Shown here in pieces: positions 20,672 to 30,646 of a stretch of 64,000 nt of DNA. The notes under the pieces are model-generated. The model searched no databases and had not been told where the DNA came from. It saw nothing but the letters and a program-made list of their open reading frames with translations. The position numbers and the translations under genes are program-made. The DNA is from an uncultured bacterium (lineage in GTDB: Bacteria > Patescibacteriota > Minisyncoccia > Phycocordibacterales > CAIRYW01), in the NCBI GenBank assembly GCA_963766885.1, contig CAVYBO010000002.1:293048-357047 (forward strand), in the 5' to 3' direction. How positions within the stretch are numbered: position 1 is the first letter of the stretch; the number at the start of each line of letters is the position of its first letter.

Positions 20672-20742
20672 TTTATTTTTAAATTATTTTTTAATTAAGT
20701 AAATTATAACACGAAACAGCATCTTTGTGATAAGATGCCGCA

Positions 20743-22011
20743 ATGGAAACAAAATCTACAGAAATTATTTGGGATGTGGCTGTGATTGGTGGCGGACCAG
20801 CTGGAATGATGGCAGCAGGAAGAGCAGCCGAACGAGGCTTGAAGGTAATTTTGATTGAAAAAAATGAAATCCTCGGCAAAAAACTTTTGATCACTGGTGG
20901 AGGCAGATGCAATGTCAGCAACGCCGAATTTGATACCAGAAAATTGCTAGAAAAATTCAAAGAAGATGGAAAGTTTTTGTTTTCCGCCTTTTCGCAGTGG
21001 AACGTAAAGGAAAGTTTAGAATTTTTTAATTCCAGAGGCATGGAAACAAAAGTAGAAAAAGAAAATCGCGTATTCCCTCTCAGTAATAAATCTCAATCCG
21101 TCCTGGATGTCCTTGTAAAATATATTGAAGTTAGCAAGGTTACTATCCTCAAAAATTCTCCTGTGTCAGAAATTATTTTGTCAGATGATAAAAATGAGGT
21201 TGTAGGAGTTAAACTCAAAAGCAAAAAGATTATTTGCGCAAAATCAACAATCATCGCAACCGGCGGCACTTCCCGACCAGAAACAGGTTCAACTGGCGAC
21301 GCCTACGCTTGGCTCCAAAAAATTGGGCACAAAATAATTCAGCCGACACCATCTCTTGTGCCTCTTGCAACAAAAGATGTTTGGATTAAAAGGCTTGCGG
21401 GAGTAAGTTTGACCGACATCAAACTGACAGTATTTCAAAACGAAGAAAAACAGGATATTAAAAAGGGGAAAATTCTTTTTACACACGTTGGAGTAAGTGG
21501 ACCTACAATTTTAAATATGAGCAAAGACGTTGGAGAACTTTTGAAATATGGTGAAGTTGTAGTTTCCTTAGACGTACTACCAAAACTTGATTACAGTATG
21601 CTCAATTCCAAACTTCAAGAAATATTTAAAGCAGATGCAAACAAGAAATTAAAAAACTCTTTGGGGAGCTTGCTTCCAGGAGCCTTAGTTCCTGTTTTAA
21701 TTGAACTTTCAGGAATCGATGCCGAAACTAAATGCAACAGTATAACCCGCGAAGAGCGTCTGCTGCTTGTAAAATTATTAAAAGATATTCCGATTCATAT
21801 TGATAAACTGCTTGGAGTGGACAAAGCCATCATCTCAAGCGGCGGAGTGGATCTCTCTGAAGTAGATTTTAAAACAATGCAATCGAGAATTTTTCCAAAC
21901 CTTTATCTCATTGGAGATATCTTAAATATTGATCGCCCTTCGGGCGGATTCAGCCTGCAGCTTTGTTGGACTACCGGTTTTGTCGCAGGAAATTCTGCTG
22001 GGAATAAATAG
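20743..22011 (+). CDS. HI0933/YhiN/BaiN-family flavoprotein
   Basis: IGGGPAGMMAA, GKKLLITGGGRCNV, ATGG.S.PETGSTGD, LFTH.GVSGP and GGFSLQ. Confidence 0.93.
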   Translation: METKSTEIIWDVAVIGGGPAGMMAAGRAAERGLKVILIEKNEILGKKLLITGGGRCNVSNAEFDTRKLLEKFKEDGKFLFSAFSQWNVKESLEFFNSRGMETKVEKENRVFPLSNKSQSVLDVLVKYIEVSKVTILKNSPVSEIILSDDKNEVVGVKLKSKKIICAKSTIIATGGTSRPETGSTGDAYAWLQKIGHKIIQPTPSLVPLATKDVWIKRLAGVSLTDIKLTVFQNEEKQDIKKGKILFTHVGVSGPTILNMSKDVGELLKYGEVVVSLDVLPKLDYSMLNSKLQEIFKADANKKLKNSLGSLLPGALVPVLIELSGIDAETKCNSITREERLLLVKLLKDIPIHIDKLLGVDKAIISSGGVDLSEVDFKTMQSRIFPNLYLIGDILNIDRPSGGFSLQLCWTTGFVAGNSAGNK

Positions 22012-22019
22012 AAAGATTT

Positions 22020-22562
22020 TTACTTCTTCTTTTTTGGAGCTGCTTTTTTGAGAGATTTTTTCTTTTCTGGAGTTTCAATAACCGCTGCGACAGGCTTTGG
22101 AGTAGGTTCTGAAGATTTGTTTGCAGGAGCCTTGTCGGATAATATTTCAATAAGTTTATCTAGCTTAATGTTCATAAATTCCATCTGCTTTTTCAAATCG
22201 CCTATTCCATTGCTTCCTTCTAGTTTAAATGTTTGCTTACTTTCATTATTGTATTGAGGCTTGTTGAATGATGGTTTGGAACCAAAATCTCTTTTTGGAG
22301 CGAAGTCTCTAGACCCTCCGTCTTGTCCTCCGTTTGCCGCAAAACATTCCTTGCAATAAACAGGTTTTCTGCCGTTTGGTTTAAAAGGCACTTCGCAGGT
22401 CTTGCCGCAAGATGCGCAAATAGCCTGAAACATTTCTTTTGGTCCAGAATCTCTACCTCTATCACCACCGAAGCTTGGACGGCCAAATTCCCTTTTGTTA
22501 CCAAAATTTCCTCCACCTCTGTTGTCTCTGCCACCAAATGGTTTTTTCTTGAAATCGTTCAT
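22020..22562 (-). CDS. CxxC-x17-CxxC zinc-finger protein
   Basis: MFQAICASCGKTCEVPFKPNGRKPVYCKECF flanked by RG-rich low-complexity segments. Confidence 0.88.
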   Translation of the reverse strand: MNDFKKKPFGGRDNRGGGNFGNKREFGRPSFGGDRGRDSGPKEMFQAICASCGKTCEVPFKPNGRKPVYCKECFAANGGQDGGSRDFAPKRDFGSKPSFNKPQYNNESKQTFKLEGSNGIGDLKKQMEFMNIKLDKLIEILSDKAPANKSSEPTPKPVAAVIETPEKKKSLKKAAPKKKK

Positions 22563-22612
22563 AAAAAAACTATATCAGGTTTTTTAAAAAAATCAATACT
22601 AGAGTTTCAGTA

Positions 22613-23275
22613 CTATAATTTATTGAGCTCTATCTCCGCTCCGCGGTTATTTCGATAATAATACCTAAATCCCATTCGCAGAAAGAAAAGTACAACCCAA
22701 AGAACTTCTGCGGCATAAGTCGAAACAAGTGCAACAAAAATAGAGATTATGAACACGACAGGCGTGCTTAAAGTATAAAAAGTGAATATTTTTAAGAAAT
22801 TGCGGTCTCGCAAATCATCGCTTATAAGCAATCCATTCCTGTTGGCATGCCTGCCAATTAGATACTGCAAGATACCGACTATCGCAAAACAAGCGGCGTA
22901 CATTATCACTGCGTCTTTATTTTCAATATGTGTTCCAAATATTGAAACAACAAATGGAAATATGGTAATAAAAAATAACAGCGTGTTATTGAGCATTATT
23001 ATTGCTCTATCAACTTCTTTTATTATTGCAAACAAGCGAGTATGAGACATCCAAAAACGAGCAATGATAACAAACGTTGCCACAAAAATTATAAGTGCGG
23101 AGGCATTTGTCTTAAATATTGGCATAAGAGATCCGTCACCTGCTGGAACGTGCAGATCTATTAAGTTCAATACCAAAAGTGTAATCGCAAACGCAAAAAT
23201 CCCATCCGTAAAACCAAATAGTCTCTGCTGCGGCCACATACTAATTTTTTCTTTTCGTGTTTCTTCTTCTGCCAT
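22613..23275 (-). CDS. TMEM175-family potassium channel
   Basis: RLFGFTDGIFAFAITLLVL and FWMSH motifs. Confidence 0.88.
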   Translation of the reverse strand: MAEEETRKEKISMWPQQRLFGFTDGIFAFAITLLVLNLIDLHVPAGDGSLMPIFKTNASALIIFVATFVIIARFWMSHTRLFAIIKEVDRAIIMLNNTLLFFITIFPFVVSIFGTHIENKDAVIMYAACFAIVGILQYLIGRHANRNGLLISDDLRDRNFLKIFTFYTLSTPVVFIISIFVALVSTYAAEVLWVVLFFLRMGFRYYYRNNRGAEIELNKL

Positions 23276-23301
23276 GTTTAGGATTATAGCAAATTATTTT
23301 A

Positions 23302-23328
23302 TATGGATGTCTGGAACTATATCCGAAC
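23302..23328 (+). repeat. degenerate att-like site copy
   Basis: TATGGATGTCTGGAACTATATCCGAAC, 20/27 identical to 54397-54423. Confidence 0.6.
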
Positions 23329-23375
23329 GGAATTGATAATAAAATTATAAAAATAGCCAAGTCCTATGCTTGGCG

Positions 23376-23867
23376 CTAGTTGAATCCTGCTGGGTCGGTA
23401 ACCTGAACCACTTCCTCACGGTTTAGAGTGTAACCGAAGCGGGTGTAAGGAACGTTGTGAAGAACGAGATATTTCTCGAACCATTCCGCAAGTTCGTAGA
23501 CTGGCGCAACCTTGGAGCGTATATCTTCGTGATCGCGCATCACAATACCCTTTTTATCTTCTCCGAATCCACGTTCTCCACCGTCGTAAACGTAGAGCTT
23601 GCAACTATCGAAGTATTTCTCCCCGATGTGGATACCGCCGACACCACCCTGCTGTCCTACCGCCGAAAAGTAGAACCGACTGGCAGCAGATTCATTCCTC
23701 ATGTTGTTCGACAGAAAGCGAATAAACGCTTGAAAGTGGTCAGTGAGCCATCGAACATATTCGCAACCGGTCAAATCAGAAACAATGTGGAAGTGAACTC
23801 GAGGTGTGTAGGTCTCAAAAAAATTATCCTTATTTTCCCCGAACACGAACATAATTGGTTTATTCAT
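23376..23867 (-). CDS. hypothetical protein (orphan) between two att-like sites
   Basis: 163 aa ORF; TTGACT upstream; hairpin GCCAAG..CTTGGC at the stop. Confidence 0.6.
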   Translation of the reverse strand: MNKPIMFVFGENKDNFFETYTPRVHFHIVSDLTGCEYVRWLTDHFQAFIRFLSNNMRNESAASRFYFSAVGQQGGVGGIHIGEKYFDSCKLYVYDGGERGFGEDKKGIVMRDHEDIRSKVAPVYELAEWFEKYLVLHNVPYTRFGYTLNREEVVQVTDPAGFN

Positions 23868-23919
23868 AGGTCAAAGATTTCCTGCCTATAAACTACATTC
23901 AAAATACAAAAAGTCAATT

Positions 23920-23946
23920 GCTGGACATCTGAGAAGATATTATAAA
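23920..23946 (+). repeat. degenerate att-like site copy
   Basis: GCTGGACATCTGAGAAGATATTATAAA, 19/27 identical to 54397-54423. Confidence 0.5.
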
Positions 23947-23963
23947 AAATAATCTATTCTAAT

Positions 23964-24530
23964 CTAATACTTCCTTATCACCCCCTTCACTACTGCGGCG
24001 ATGTTGAGTTCTTCTTTGGGATAAATATTTTTGTATTTTTTGTTGGCGGGCTCGAGATACGGCTTGCCGTTGTTTTTGCGCAGATACTTCATCGTCCATC
24101 CACCATCCACTTCAGCAATTACAATGTCTCCCTCTTTGGGTTCCTTTTTGCGTTCCACAATCACCAAGTCGCCCTCACGAATCCCTTCATCAATCATTGA
24201 ATCTCCTTTGACTTCCAAAATATAAGTCGCTTCTTTATGTTCAATCAAATATTCATCAATACTCATCGTGTCTGAATTATCTTCCTCAGCAGCAGACGGA
24301 AATCCCGCTTCAACCAATCCAAGTATTGGAACTTCGCTCAAAGATTTATTTAAAGTTATCCTACCCTCTGCATCTTTGGAAACAATCCCCGCTTCAACAA
24401 GCTTATTGATCAGTTTATAAACCGCATTCTTGGATTTGAAACCTGTGATGTCCATTAACTCTTTATACCCCGGCATCCTTTTGTGCTTATGATAAAAAGA
24501 AATGATTTTTTCTTTGTAGGTATTAAACAT
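23964..24530 (-). CDS. lexA: LexA-family repressor
   Basis: N-terminal wHTH (MPGYKEL...FKSKNAVY); AG cleavage site (VEAGFP); VKGDSM serine; TMK lysine. Confidence 0.88.
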   Translation of the reverse strand: MFNTYKEKIISFYHKHKRMPGYKELMDITGFKSKNAVYKLINKLVEAGIVSKDAEGRITLNKSLSEVPILGLVEAGFPSAAEEDNSDTMSIDEYLIEHKEATYILEVKGDSMIDEGIREGDLVIVERKKEPKEGDIVIAEVDGGWTMKYLRKNNGKPYLEPANKKYKNIYPKEELNIAAVVKGVIRKY

Positions 24531-24542
24531 GTGTTAAGAAAT

Positions 24543-24746
24543 TTAAAAAATAAAAGTTGAAACAAATTGCATTGACCTGGCGAAAATAAATCTAGGCTTT
24601 GAGAGTCTGGCAAGCTGTGCCATCAGAATTTTGTGATGCCTTGATTCTATTCTATATGAAAGACCTTTAATTATTTTAAAATCGATCGCTTTGTTAATTC
24701 TAATTATTTCCCTCTCGATCTCTTTTATTGTTTGTTGCTTGCTCAT
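24543..24746 (-). CDS. small hypothetical protein co-transcribed with lexA
   Basis: 67 aa, 12 bp upstream of lexA, directly after the promoter. Confidence 0.7.
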   Translation of the reverse strand: MSKQQTIKEIEREIIRINKAIDFKIIKGLSYRIESRHHKILMAQLARLSKPRFIFARSMQFVSTFIF

Positions 24747-24752
24747 ACAATT

Positions 24753-24781
24753 AGTATAGGTGAACTCTAGTTCACTTGCAA
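24753..24781 (-). promoter_or_regulatory. sigma70 promoter with an SOS (LexA) box in the spacer
   Basis: Minus-strand TTGCAA (24776-24781), 17 bp spacer, TATACT (24753-24758). The palindrome GTGAAC-TCTA-GTTCAC (24760-24775) fills the spacer and matches the GAAC-N4-GTTC LexA box. Confidence 0.8.
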
Positions 24782-24830
24782 GTTCGTAACTGTGGATAAC
24801 TCAACGTATGACCCTTAACAACATAATTTT

Positions 24831-25304
24831 ATGAACAAATTAAATCAACGTATAAAAGATTTAGGAAATTACCCAAGTTTTCTAAGAAGTGGTAATATGA
24901 TAAATAAGCATATGAAAACGCAAGTATCTTATCTTTTAACCACAGGGAGAGTTGTTAAGGATGAATATAAAGGGGGGCTTTATTCTTATATAGATATTTT
25001 TGAATCTATACTTATCCCTAAGAATCAAAATTTTTGGATACAAAGCTTTGTTGTAGCGGGTAAAATTTATACTTCTAAAAATGGACTTTTAAATATTGAG
25101 GTATCAATTTTAGACCCTGAAAATATAGAGTTCAAAACAAATAAACTTTCAGGTACTTTTGTAGTGGGAGATATTGAAGTAACTACGGCTTTTAACCTTA
25201 TGAAATTTGAAAAATTAGGTAGATATTTAATAAAAATAAAGGTAGATGGAGAACTCTTGGAAGATAATGATAAATTTTATCTTGAAGTGGTGAAAGAAAA
25301 ATAA
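24831..25304 (+). CDS. IS passenger, hypothetical beta-rich protein (DUF6941-like)
   Basis: D...G.YSYIDIFE...F...GRY.IKI.VDGE pattern; the true start may be a downstream Met. Confidence 0.6.
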   Translation: MNKLNQRIKDLGNYPSFLRSGNMINKHMKTQVSYLLTTGRVVKDEYKGGLYSYIDIFESILIPKNQNFWIQSFVVAGKIYTSKNGLLNIEVSILDPENIEFKTNKLSGTFVVGDIEVTTAFNLMKFEKLGRYLIKIKVDGELLEDNDKFYLEVVKEK

Positions 25305-25306
25305 AT

Positions 25307-25657
25307 ATGAGTTCAAATGAACAAAAAGGGGCTTCTGATTTAGGTAAATCCGGACAAGGAGTTGATAGTCTTATTGACTTAGGTCAAATTGTTGATGATA
25401 TACAAGAACTTTCCAAATCAACAAAGGAGCTTTTTGATTCTACTAAGAAACTTCAAGAAGATGCTAAAGCTCAACAAGGAATAATTGCCAATATGTTAGC
25501 TGAATTGAGACACTCCCAAGGAATAGTATACTTTGGATTTATTATATTAATATTTATGATGATTGCTGTAATTGTAGATGTTATGGTAAATGTTTGGAAA
25601 CCAACACCCCAACTGACCACAACTATCCCCCAAATAATTTATGTCAAAGGACAATAA
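25307..25657 (+). CDS. IS passenger, coiled-coil plus TM protein
   Basis: Heptad-rich segment then one hydrophobic helix; 2 bp after the previous gene. Confidence 0.6.
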   Translation: MSSNEQKGASDLGKSGQGVDSLIDLGQIVDDIQELSKSTKELFDSTKKLQEDAKAQQGIIANMLAELRHSQGIVYFGFIILIFMMIAVIVDVMVNVWKPTPQLTTTIPQIIYVKGQ

Positions 25658-25671
25658 GTCAGATTTTCTTT

Positions 25672-26541
25672 CTATCTTGAAGCGTGCAATAAGGCACCCA
25701 TTAAAGCGGAAAAACGCTGATTGTCGTTGTGCCGATTGTTATAATGAAAGACAAAAGCATCAAGGTAAGACTGCAAATGCTCCTTTGAAATAGCCTTGTA
25801 GGTGCCTTTTATACTTCTTTTCAAATGAGCAAAAAAGGTCTCAATCGTATTGATGTGAATATCACCTCTGGCAAATTCTCTTTTGTGGTGGTCTACTGCT
25901 ACTCTGTCGTGTGTCTTGTCGCTTCTTAAGTAAACTTTGCTACTGTCCGTCATTATTGTTGTAGCTTTGATTTCTATGTTCCTTGCTACAAAGTCGCTCA
26001 TACTTTTTGCTGTAGCATCTGGCATAACTTCCGCTTTGATGTTTCCTCCTCGTTCTACTGCGATTGTAACAACAGATTTTTTAGCCATTACCTCGCTCAA
26101 ATTCTCATTGTTTTTTCCAGCGTAGTGTCTGCCTCCAAAGTATCCAGTATCAATTTCAATATCGCCTCTTAATTTTGTATCGCTTTGCTTTAAAGCTTTT
26201 CTAATCATTGAAAGGATCCTCCAAGCACATTTGTAGGTTACGCCAAGCTGTCTTTCCAATTCTTTTGCTGAAATTCCGCTTTTAGCGTTAGAGAAAACAA
26301 AGACAGCGTGGAACCATAGAGAAAGCGGAGTATCTGACTTATGGAATATAGTGTTAGCTGTAGGTGCAATCTGATAACGGCACTTACTGCATTGATACTG
26401 CTTTCTGCCCTTAATCCTCTTGTATTCGCCGCCACAAGAGCATTTCTTGGAATGTAGAGTGTTATAGATAAAATCAAGGCAAGCTTCTTCATTAGGGAAA
26501 TCCGCCTTTAGATTTCTAATGGAATATTTTGTGTTTTTCAT
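25672..26541 (-). CDS. IS1595-family (ISXO2-like) DDE transposase
   Basis: Zn ribbon (CSCG...YQCSKC), TIFHKS.TPL..WF, GISAKELERQLGV.YK.AW, IEIDTGYFGG, MTD, HINTIETFF and YLDAFVFHYN. Confidence 0.95.
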   Translation of the reverse strand: MKNTKYSIRNLKADFPNEEACLDFIYNTLHSKKCSCGGEYKRIKGRKQYQCSKCRYQIAPTANTIFHKSDTPLSLWFHAVFVFSNAKSGISAKELERQLGVTYKCAWRILSMIRKALKQSDTKLRGDIEIDTGYFGGRHYAGKNNENLSEVMAKKSVVTIAVERGGNIKAEVMPDATAKSMSDFVARNIEIKATTIMTDSSKVYLRSDKTHDRVAVDHHKREFARGDIHINTIETFFAHLKRSIKGTYKAISKEHLQSYLDAFVFHYNNRHNDNQRFSALMGALLHASR

Positions 26542-26619
26542 AAATACAGTATATACCCTGTAATTATGTTGTCAAGGGATAAGCTTGGATAACTCTTGGA
26601 AATTGAGAGTTTAATCTCC

Positions 26620-27036
26620 CTAAGACTTTATTTTTGTATATGTTTGAACGATTATAAAACGGGTATGCTCTGGCATTGCCAAAGAAACAGCCTTATCTCT
26701 AAATGTATCGACATCAACAAGTCCATAATACATCATATCCCTTAACTCCTCACTTGACGGTCCAAGTAGCTTGCTTGCAAGAAAATATCCAGCGGTTATT
26801 CCGACTTCTTCCTTAGTCAAATCATTTTCTTTTTTAGCCAATAAATATGAAACTAGATCCTGGTCAAGAGTTTGAAGCCTTATAAATATTTGATCAAGAA
26901 TATCTGCTTCTTCTTCAGAAGGTTTTTTATCCTCAATAATTCTTTGCGCGTAATCATTCAGAAAGAAATGCAACTCCGGTTTAACAGCTGGCATTGAATC
27001 AAGGCTTTGTTGAAATGAGTCTGGGTTATACGGCAT
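26620..27036 (-). CDS. hypothetical protein
   Basis: 138 aa, overlapping the end of the 1188 aa gene. Confidence 0.6.
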   Translation of the reverse strand: MPYNPDSFQQSLDSMPAVKPELHFFLNDYAQRIIEDKKPSEEEADILDQIFIRLQTLDQDLVSYLLAKKENDLTKEEVGITAGYFLASKLLGPSSEELRDMMYYGLVDVDTFRDKAVSLAMPEHTRFIIVQTYTKIKS

Positions 27037-30000
27037 AATTTTTTGTCTTGGCAGAATTATTTGTAATAGAATCTTTATTATCCTTTAAAAGCTCCTCCAT
27101 TCTCTTATTAAAATTATTTAATAAAATTTGGGATTTGTGGGTAATCATTTCCTCCGACGCGCCTTGGACATAATAATATCCTTCCCGCATTTTTCCATCT
27201 CTATCAAAAATTGACTGCTGAGGAGTCCCGCTATCGTCTGAAATTTTATATCCCTCATTTTTCATGACAGAAAGCATTGAGGCGGCATTAACTGAACTGT
27301 TATCAAGCTGTGTCTTTCTTTTGCCTGTTGGAGCCTTTAGAAAAAGATTATTGACTCTGACCAAACCATTTACAAAATCAGTTTGTTGACCCTGAAAAAG
27401 AAGATTCTCGTTAATTTTAAATCTTTCCCTAAATTCATCTGAATCAGCATCCAAATTACCAAGCAGTTTCTTGTTTCGCGCAATATCAATATGTTCAGCT
27501 GTGTCAACAAATTCGCCATCGGGCAAAACCACATAACCATTAAACTCACTGTCGCCAAATGATTCATTGTGCTCGCGCAAAGCATTGGTAATTTGTTTTT
27601 CCAATTGCAACCATTCAAAAAGTATCTGCCGTTCTTGATTTGAACTAAACGGTTCAGCAAGCATTTTGCGCTCTTTTAAAAACCCATCAAGTTCCTCTTC
27701 ATAATCTGGAAGCTGATCAATAAATTCATTATTAAATAATTCGCTTTGTCTGGTGTACTTGGAATAACCTGTGTATTTATTAAACAACTGAATTGCGATT
27801 CCAGCATGGTATGAAGTCAGAATTGATCTCTCAAATTGCTCAAAGCTGTCTGTTGCCATTCCTTTGATCTCTACCCTTTCTCCGCGTGTTTGAGCAAAAT
27901 ATTTATCCAGACTATTTGAAACAGGATACTTAGCGCGCAACACTTCTCTACCGGCATTAATTCCGGTGAGGCTTGCCATAGTCATAGCATTATGCAAAAA
28001 ACATGCACTTGAATCTGCCGCCAACCCACCCTCTCCACCCAAGTTGAGATGATATCCTCTGGCAGCCGATGGATATTTCTCAAAATTAAAATCCAAAAAT
28101 CCTGCGTCCTGCAAAAGTTTTACTTCGGCGATCAATATGTATGGGTTATCAGTCGGCCTTATTGCAATTTCATGCACCCCATCACCTCCAGAAGAAATTC
28201 CCGCACTTCTATTAACAAGCTCAATATCACCGTTGTATCCAAACGCACTTATTTTAGAATATTCTGTTGCCAAAGAATGCCCCACTTCATACTCAATGCC
28301 AAAAGAGACTTTGGTTCCCGAGGGAATATTGTCCCGACTATACAAATCCAAAACTTTTTCTATTTTAGCCATTTTTTCTATGAACGCATCCTCATCGTCC
28401 AATCCGTATGCCACAATAGCCAGTGCCATCAAAGTCTCGCCTTTTGGCCCGTATTTATCTCTAAACAACTCCACTTTTTCCTTTACCCTAGGACTTAAAT
28501 CTTCTGGGTTTTCTTTTACTGAAAAAGATTGCTCTATTCGCTTTATTTTTGAAAGCTTGGTTTCTCTTTCTTGATTTTCTTCAATTTTCCCAAAATCGGC
28601 TAATTTCTTTTCAAAGAAAATATCTCGATATTGTTTTGATTCCAGAAAACCGAATCTTCTGGAATTAAAATCATTTACTAAAAATATCTCCATAGCTTTT
28701 TCAACCGGCAATGCAATAATATCAGGTGTTAAATTTTGAAACGTCTCTATTGTTAGTACTCTATCGCTATATTTAATCATTCTGTCTACGAACTCAAGTG
28801 CGCCAGGCATTTTGATAAGATGAATATATAAATAATAATCGTTATAACTTAGAGGCCGTTCTCCAAATAATTTTTTAATCTCTAAAAACTTTTCTAGTTG
28901 GTCTAGAACACCGGATTCAGATAATTCCAAAATAGTTCTAGGATCGCTGATCGTATAACCAAAGATAGTTTTCATTTTTTCAAGAATTTCAGCGCAGTTG
29001 TCTATCTTCGCCAGCTCTATATATTTTGGATAGTTATGAAAAAAGTTCTCCCCCTTGAATAAACCTGCAATTTCTACAACCTTCGGAGTAAGTACAAGCT
29101 CCATATCCTGTTTATAATTTTTATATAAAAAAAATACATCCTGCCACTCTGTTTTAAAATTAAAAGATGTTGTTCCTTCAAAAGCATCACGAAATTTTTT
29201 GGCAAATGGATCAAAAATAAACTGCTTAAAATCATTATCTTTCATCCTCTCAGCAATAGTTTTTAGACCTTCTAAAACAGAATATCGATTATCCATGTAA
29301 ATCTGAAGAAGATTCACTTCTTCCATAATTGAAAAATAAGCGAAGACCTCCTTCCAATAAGGCTTAATATCACTAATTATTCGAACATTTTCAACCATTC
29401 CTTCAATATATAATTTTTCACCCACTATCTCAGAAATCTTTTCCAGATAGGAAATACTTTCTTGGTCTTTCAAAATTATTTCCATTTTTTTGACCTTGGC
29501 AGTCAAATCTTCTTCAGTACTTCCCTCGTAAAAACCGTCAAATATCCTATTAACAAGGCTTTGCGTGTCGGAAAAAGAATCCAATTTGATAATATCTTCC
29601 AAAACGCTTTTGTCTTTCAAAGATAAAATTCTCTCCAAAATGGCGTTATTTCTTTCAAAGGAGTATGTTACAAAATTGCCGTTGAATTTTTTGCAAAAGT
29701 CCATAGCTGTAGCATCTTCAAGCAATTTCTTCATTATTTTGAGAGATTCTGGACTAGGATACAGCTTTATTCCTGTTTCGGCGAAAAACTTCTCCAGAGT
29801 TTCTTTGTTTTTTTCTGCAAAATCAAGATCTTCTTTGTCGCCAACAAGTACTTTCGCTAAATCAACCGCATTTACATCCTCAGCAAAAGAACTTCGGCCC
29901 AGGCTTGCAGGAATAGTAAATCCACTCTCTTTCATTTTTTCAAGCGCATCGATCGCCCCATCTGAATCAGCAAAATAAAGCAGAGAATCAAAATCCCTGT

Positions 30001-30592
30001 ATCGAAAGGTGTCCGGATGAAATCCAAATCCCATGCGTTCCAGGCGTGTAATCGTGGTTATTGGATCATTAGTCTTCCCTATCAACTCTGGCAATTTCGC
30101 CACCGATTCTCTATCTAATTTGCGGGACTCCCTTTTATATACGTCTGATTGGTAGTAAACAGGACTTTCAATAAATTCCTGCAAAGCCACAACATCTTCT
30201 GGGTTCTTTATTCCTTTAATTTCATTTATTTTAACCCTGAAAGAATTTTTTATTCTGGAAATAAAAGAGCTTTTTGCCACAGCTTCTTTTTCTTCTTCAA
30301 GGCTGCTAATTTTTACAGGCTCAGAATTGCTTTTGTTTTCTGAAGATTTCGGCGGTGTTTTTTCTGCAGCCACCTTTGCTTTGAGCTTATTTCTTTCGGC
30401 AATCATATGCCCGAAACGAAGCATGGATTTTTGATATGCAATTTCGACTTGCTCTTTGTATTTTCTCTCCCGAGCCGATTCAGGGCTTTCTAAATCTGAG
30501 ATTTGCTCTTCGGTCGTCGTCAATTCTTGTTTCCCCTCCTCTGATTCAAAGTCAGTATTTTCTTTTCTGTTTTTTAAGAGATTTTCCGTCAT
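27026..30592 (-). CDS. large protein with a probable C-terminal amidoligase (COOH-NH2 ligase)-like domain
   Basis: 1188 aa; long helical charged N-terminus; C-terminal SFGIEYEV, HEIAIRP, GYHLNLG and RVEIKG in amidoligase motif order. Confidence 0.65.
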   Translation of the reverse strand: MTENLLKNRKENTDFESEEGKQELTTTEEQISDLESPESARERKYKEQVEIAYQKSMLRFGHMIAERNKLKAKVAAEKTPPKSSENKSNSEPVKISSLEEEKEAVAKSSFISRIKNSFRVKINEIKGIKNPEDVVALQEFIESPVYYQSDVYKRESRKLDRESVAKLPELIGKTNDPITTITRLERMGFGFHPDTFRYRDFDSLLYFADSDGAIDALEKMKESGFTIPASLGRSSFAEDVNAVDLAKVLVGDKEDLDFAEKNKETLEKFFAETGIKLYPSPESLKIMKKLLEDATAMDFCKKFNGNFVTYSFERNNAILERILSLKDKSVLEDIIKLDSFSDTQSLVNRIFDGFYEGSTEEDLTAKVKKMEIILKDQESISYLEKISEIVGEKLYIEGMVENVRIISDIKPYWKEVFAYFSIMEEVNLLQIYMDNRYSVLEGLKTIAERMKDNDFKQFIFDPFAKKFRDAFEGTTSFNFKTEWQDVFFLYKNYKQDMELVLTPKVVEIAGLFKGENFFHNYPKYIELAKIDNCAEILEKMKTIFGYTISDPRTILELSESGVLDQLEKFLEIKKLFGERPLSYNDYYLYIHLIKMPGALEFVDRMIKYSDRVLTIETFQNLTPDIIALPVEKAMEIFLVNDFNSRRFGFLESKQYRDIFFEKKLADFGKIEENQERETKLSKIKRIEQSFSVKENPEDLSPRVKEKVELFRDKYGPKGETLMALAIVAYGLDDEDAFIEKMAKIEKVLDLYSRDNIPSGTKVSFGIEYEVGHSLATEYSKISAFGYNGDIELVNRSAGISSGGDGVHEIAIRPTDNPYILIAEVKLLQDAGFLDFNFEKYPSAARGYHLNLGGEGGLAADSSACFLHNAMTMASLTGINAGREVLRAKYPVSNSLDKYFAQTRGERVEIKGMATDSFEQFERSILTSYHAGIAIQLFNKYTGYSKYTRQSELFNNEFIDQLPDYEEELDGFLKERKMLAEPFSSNQERQILFEWLQLEKQITNALREHNESFGDSEFNGYVVLPDGEFVDTAEHIDIARNKKLLGNLDADSDEFRERFKINENLLFQGQQTDFVNGLVRVNNLFLKAPTGKRKTQLDNSSVNAASMLSVMKNEGYKISDDSGTPQQSIFDRDGKMREGYYYVQGASEEMITHKSQILLNNFNKRMEELLKDNKDSITNNSAKTKNYAV

Positions 30593-30646
30593 AGTTTCAT
30601 TGGTATAATTTTAACATAACCAAAGAAACCTTCGTCTTTATTATAA

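Larger units (their letters stand above)
24803..26587. mobile_element. IS1595-family element with two passenger genes
   Basis: 26-bp imperfect TIRs (AACGTATGACCCTTAACAACATAATT versus reverse complement CAAGCTTATCCCTTGACAACATAATT, 19/26, inner 16/17) and flanking 8-bp duplication GATAACTC (24795-24802, 26588-26595). Confidence 0.85.
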
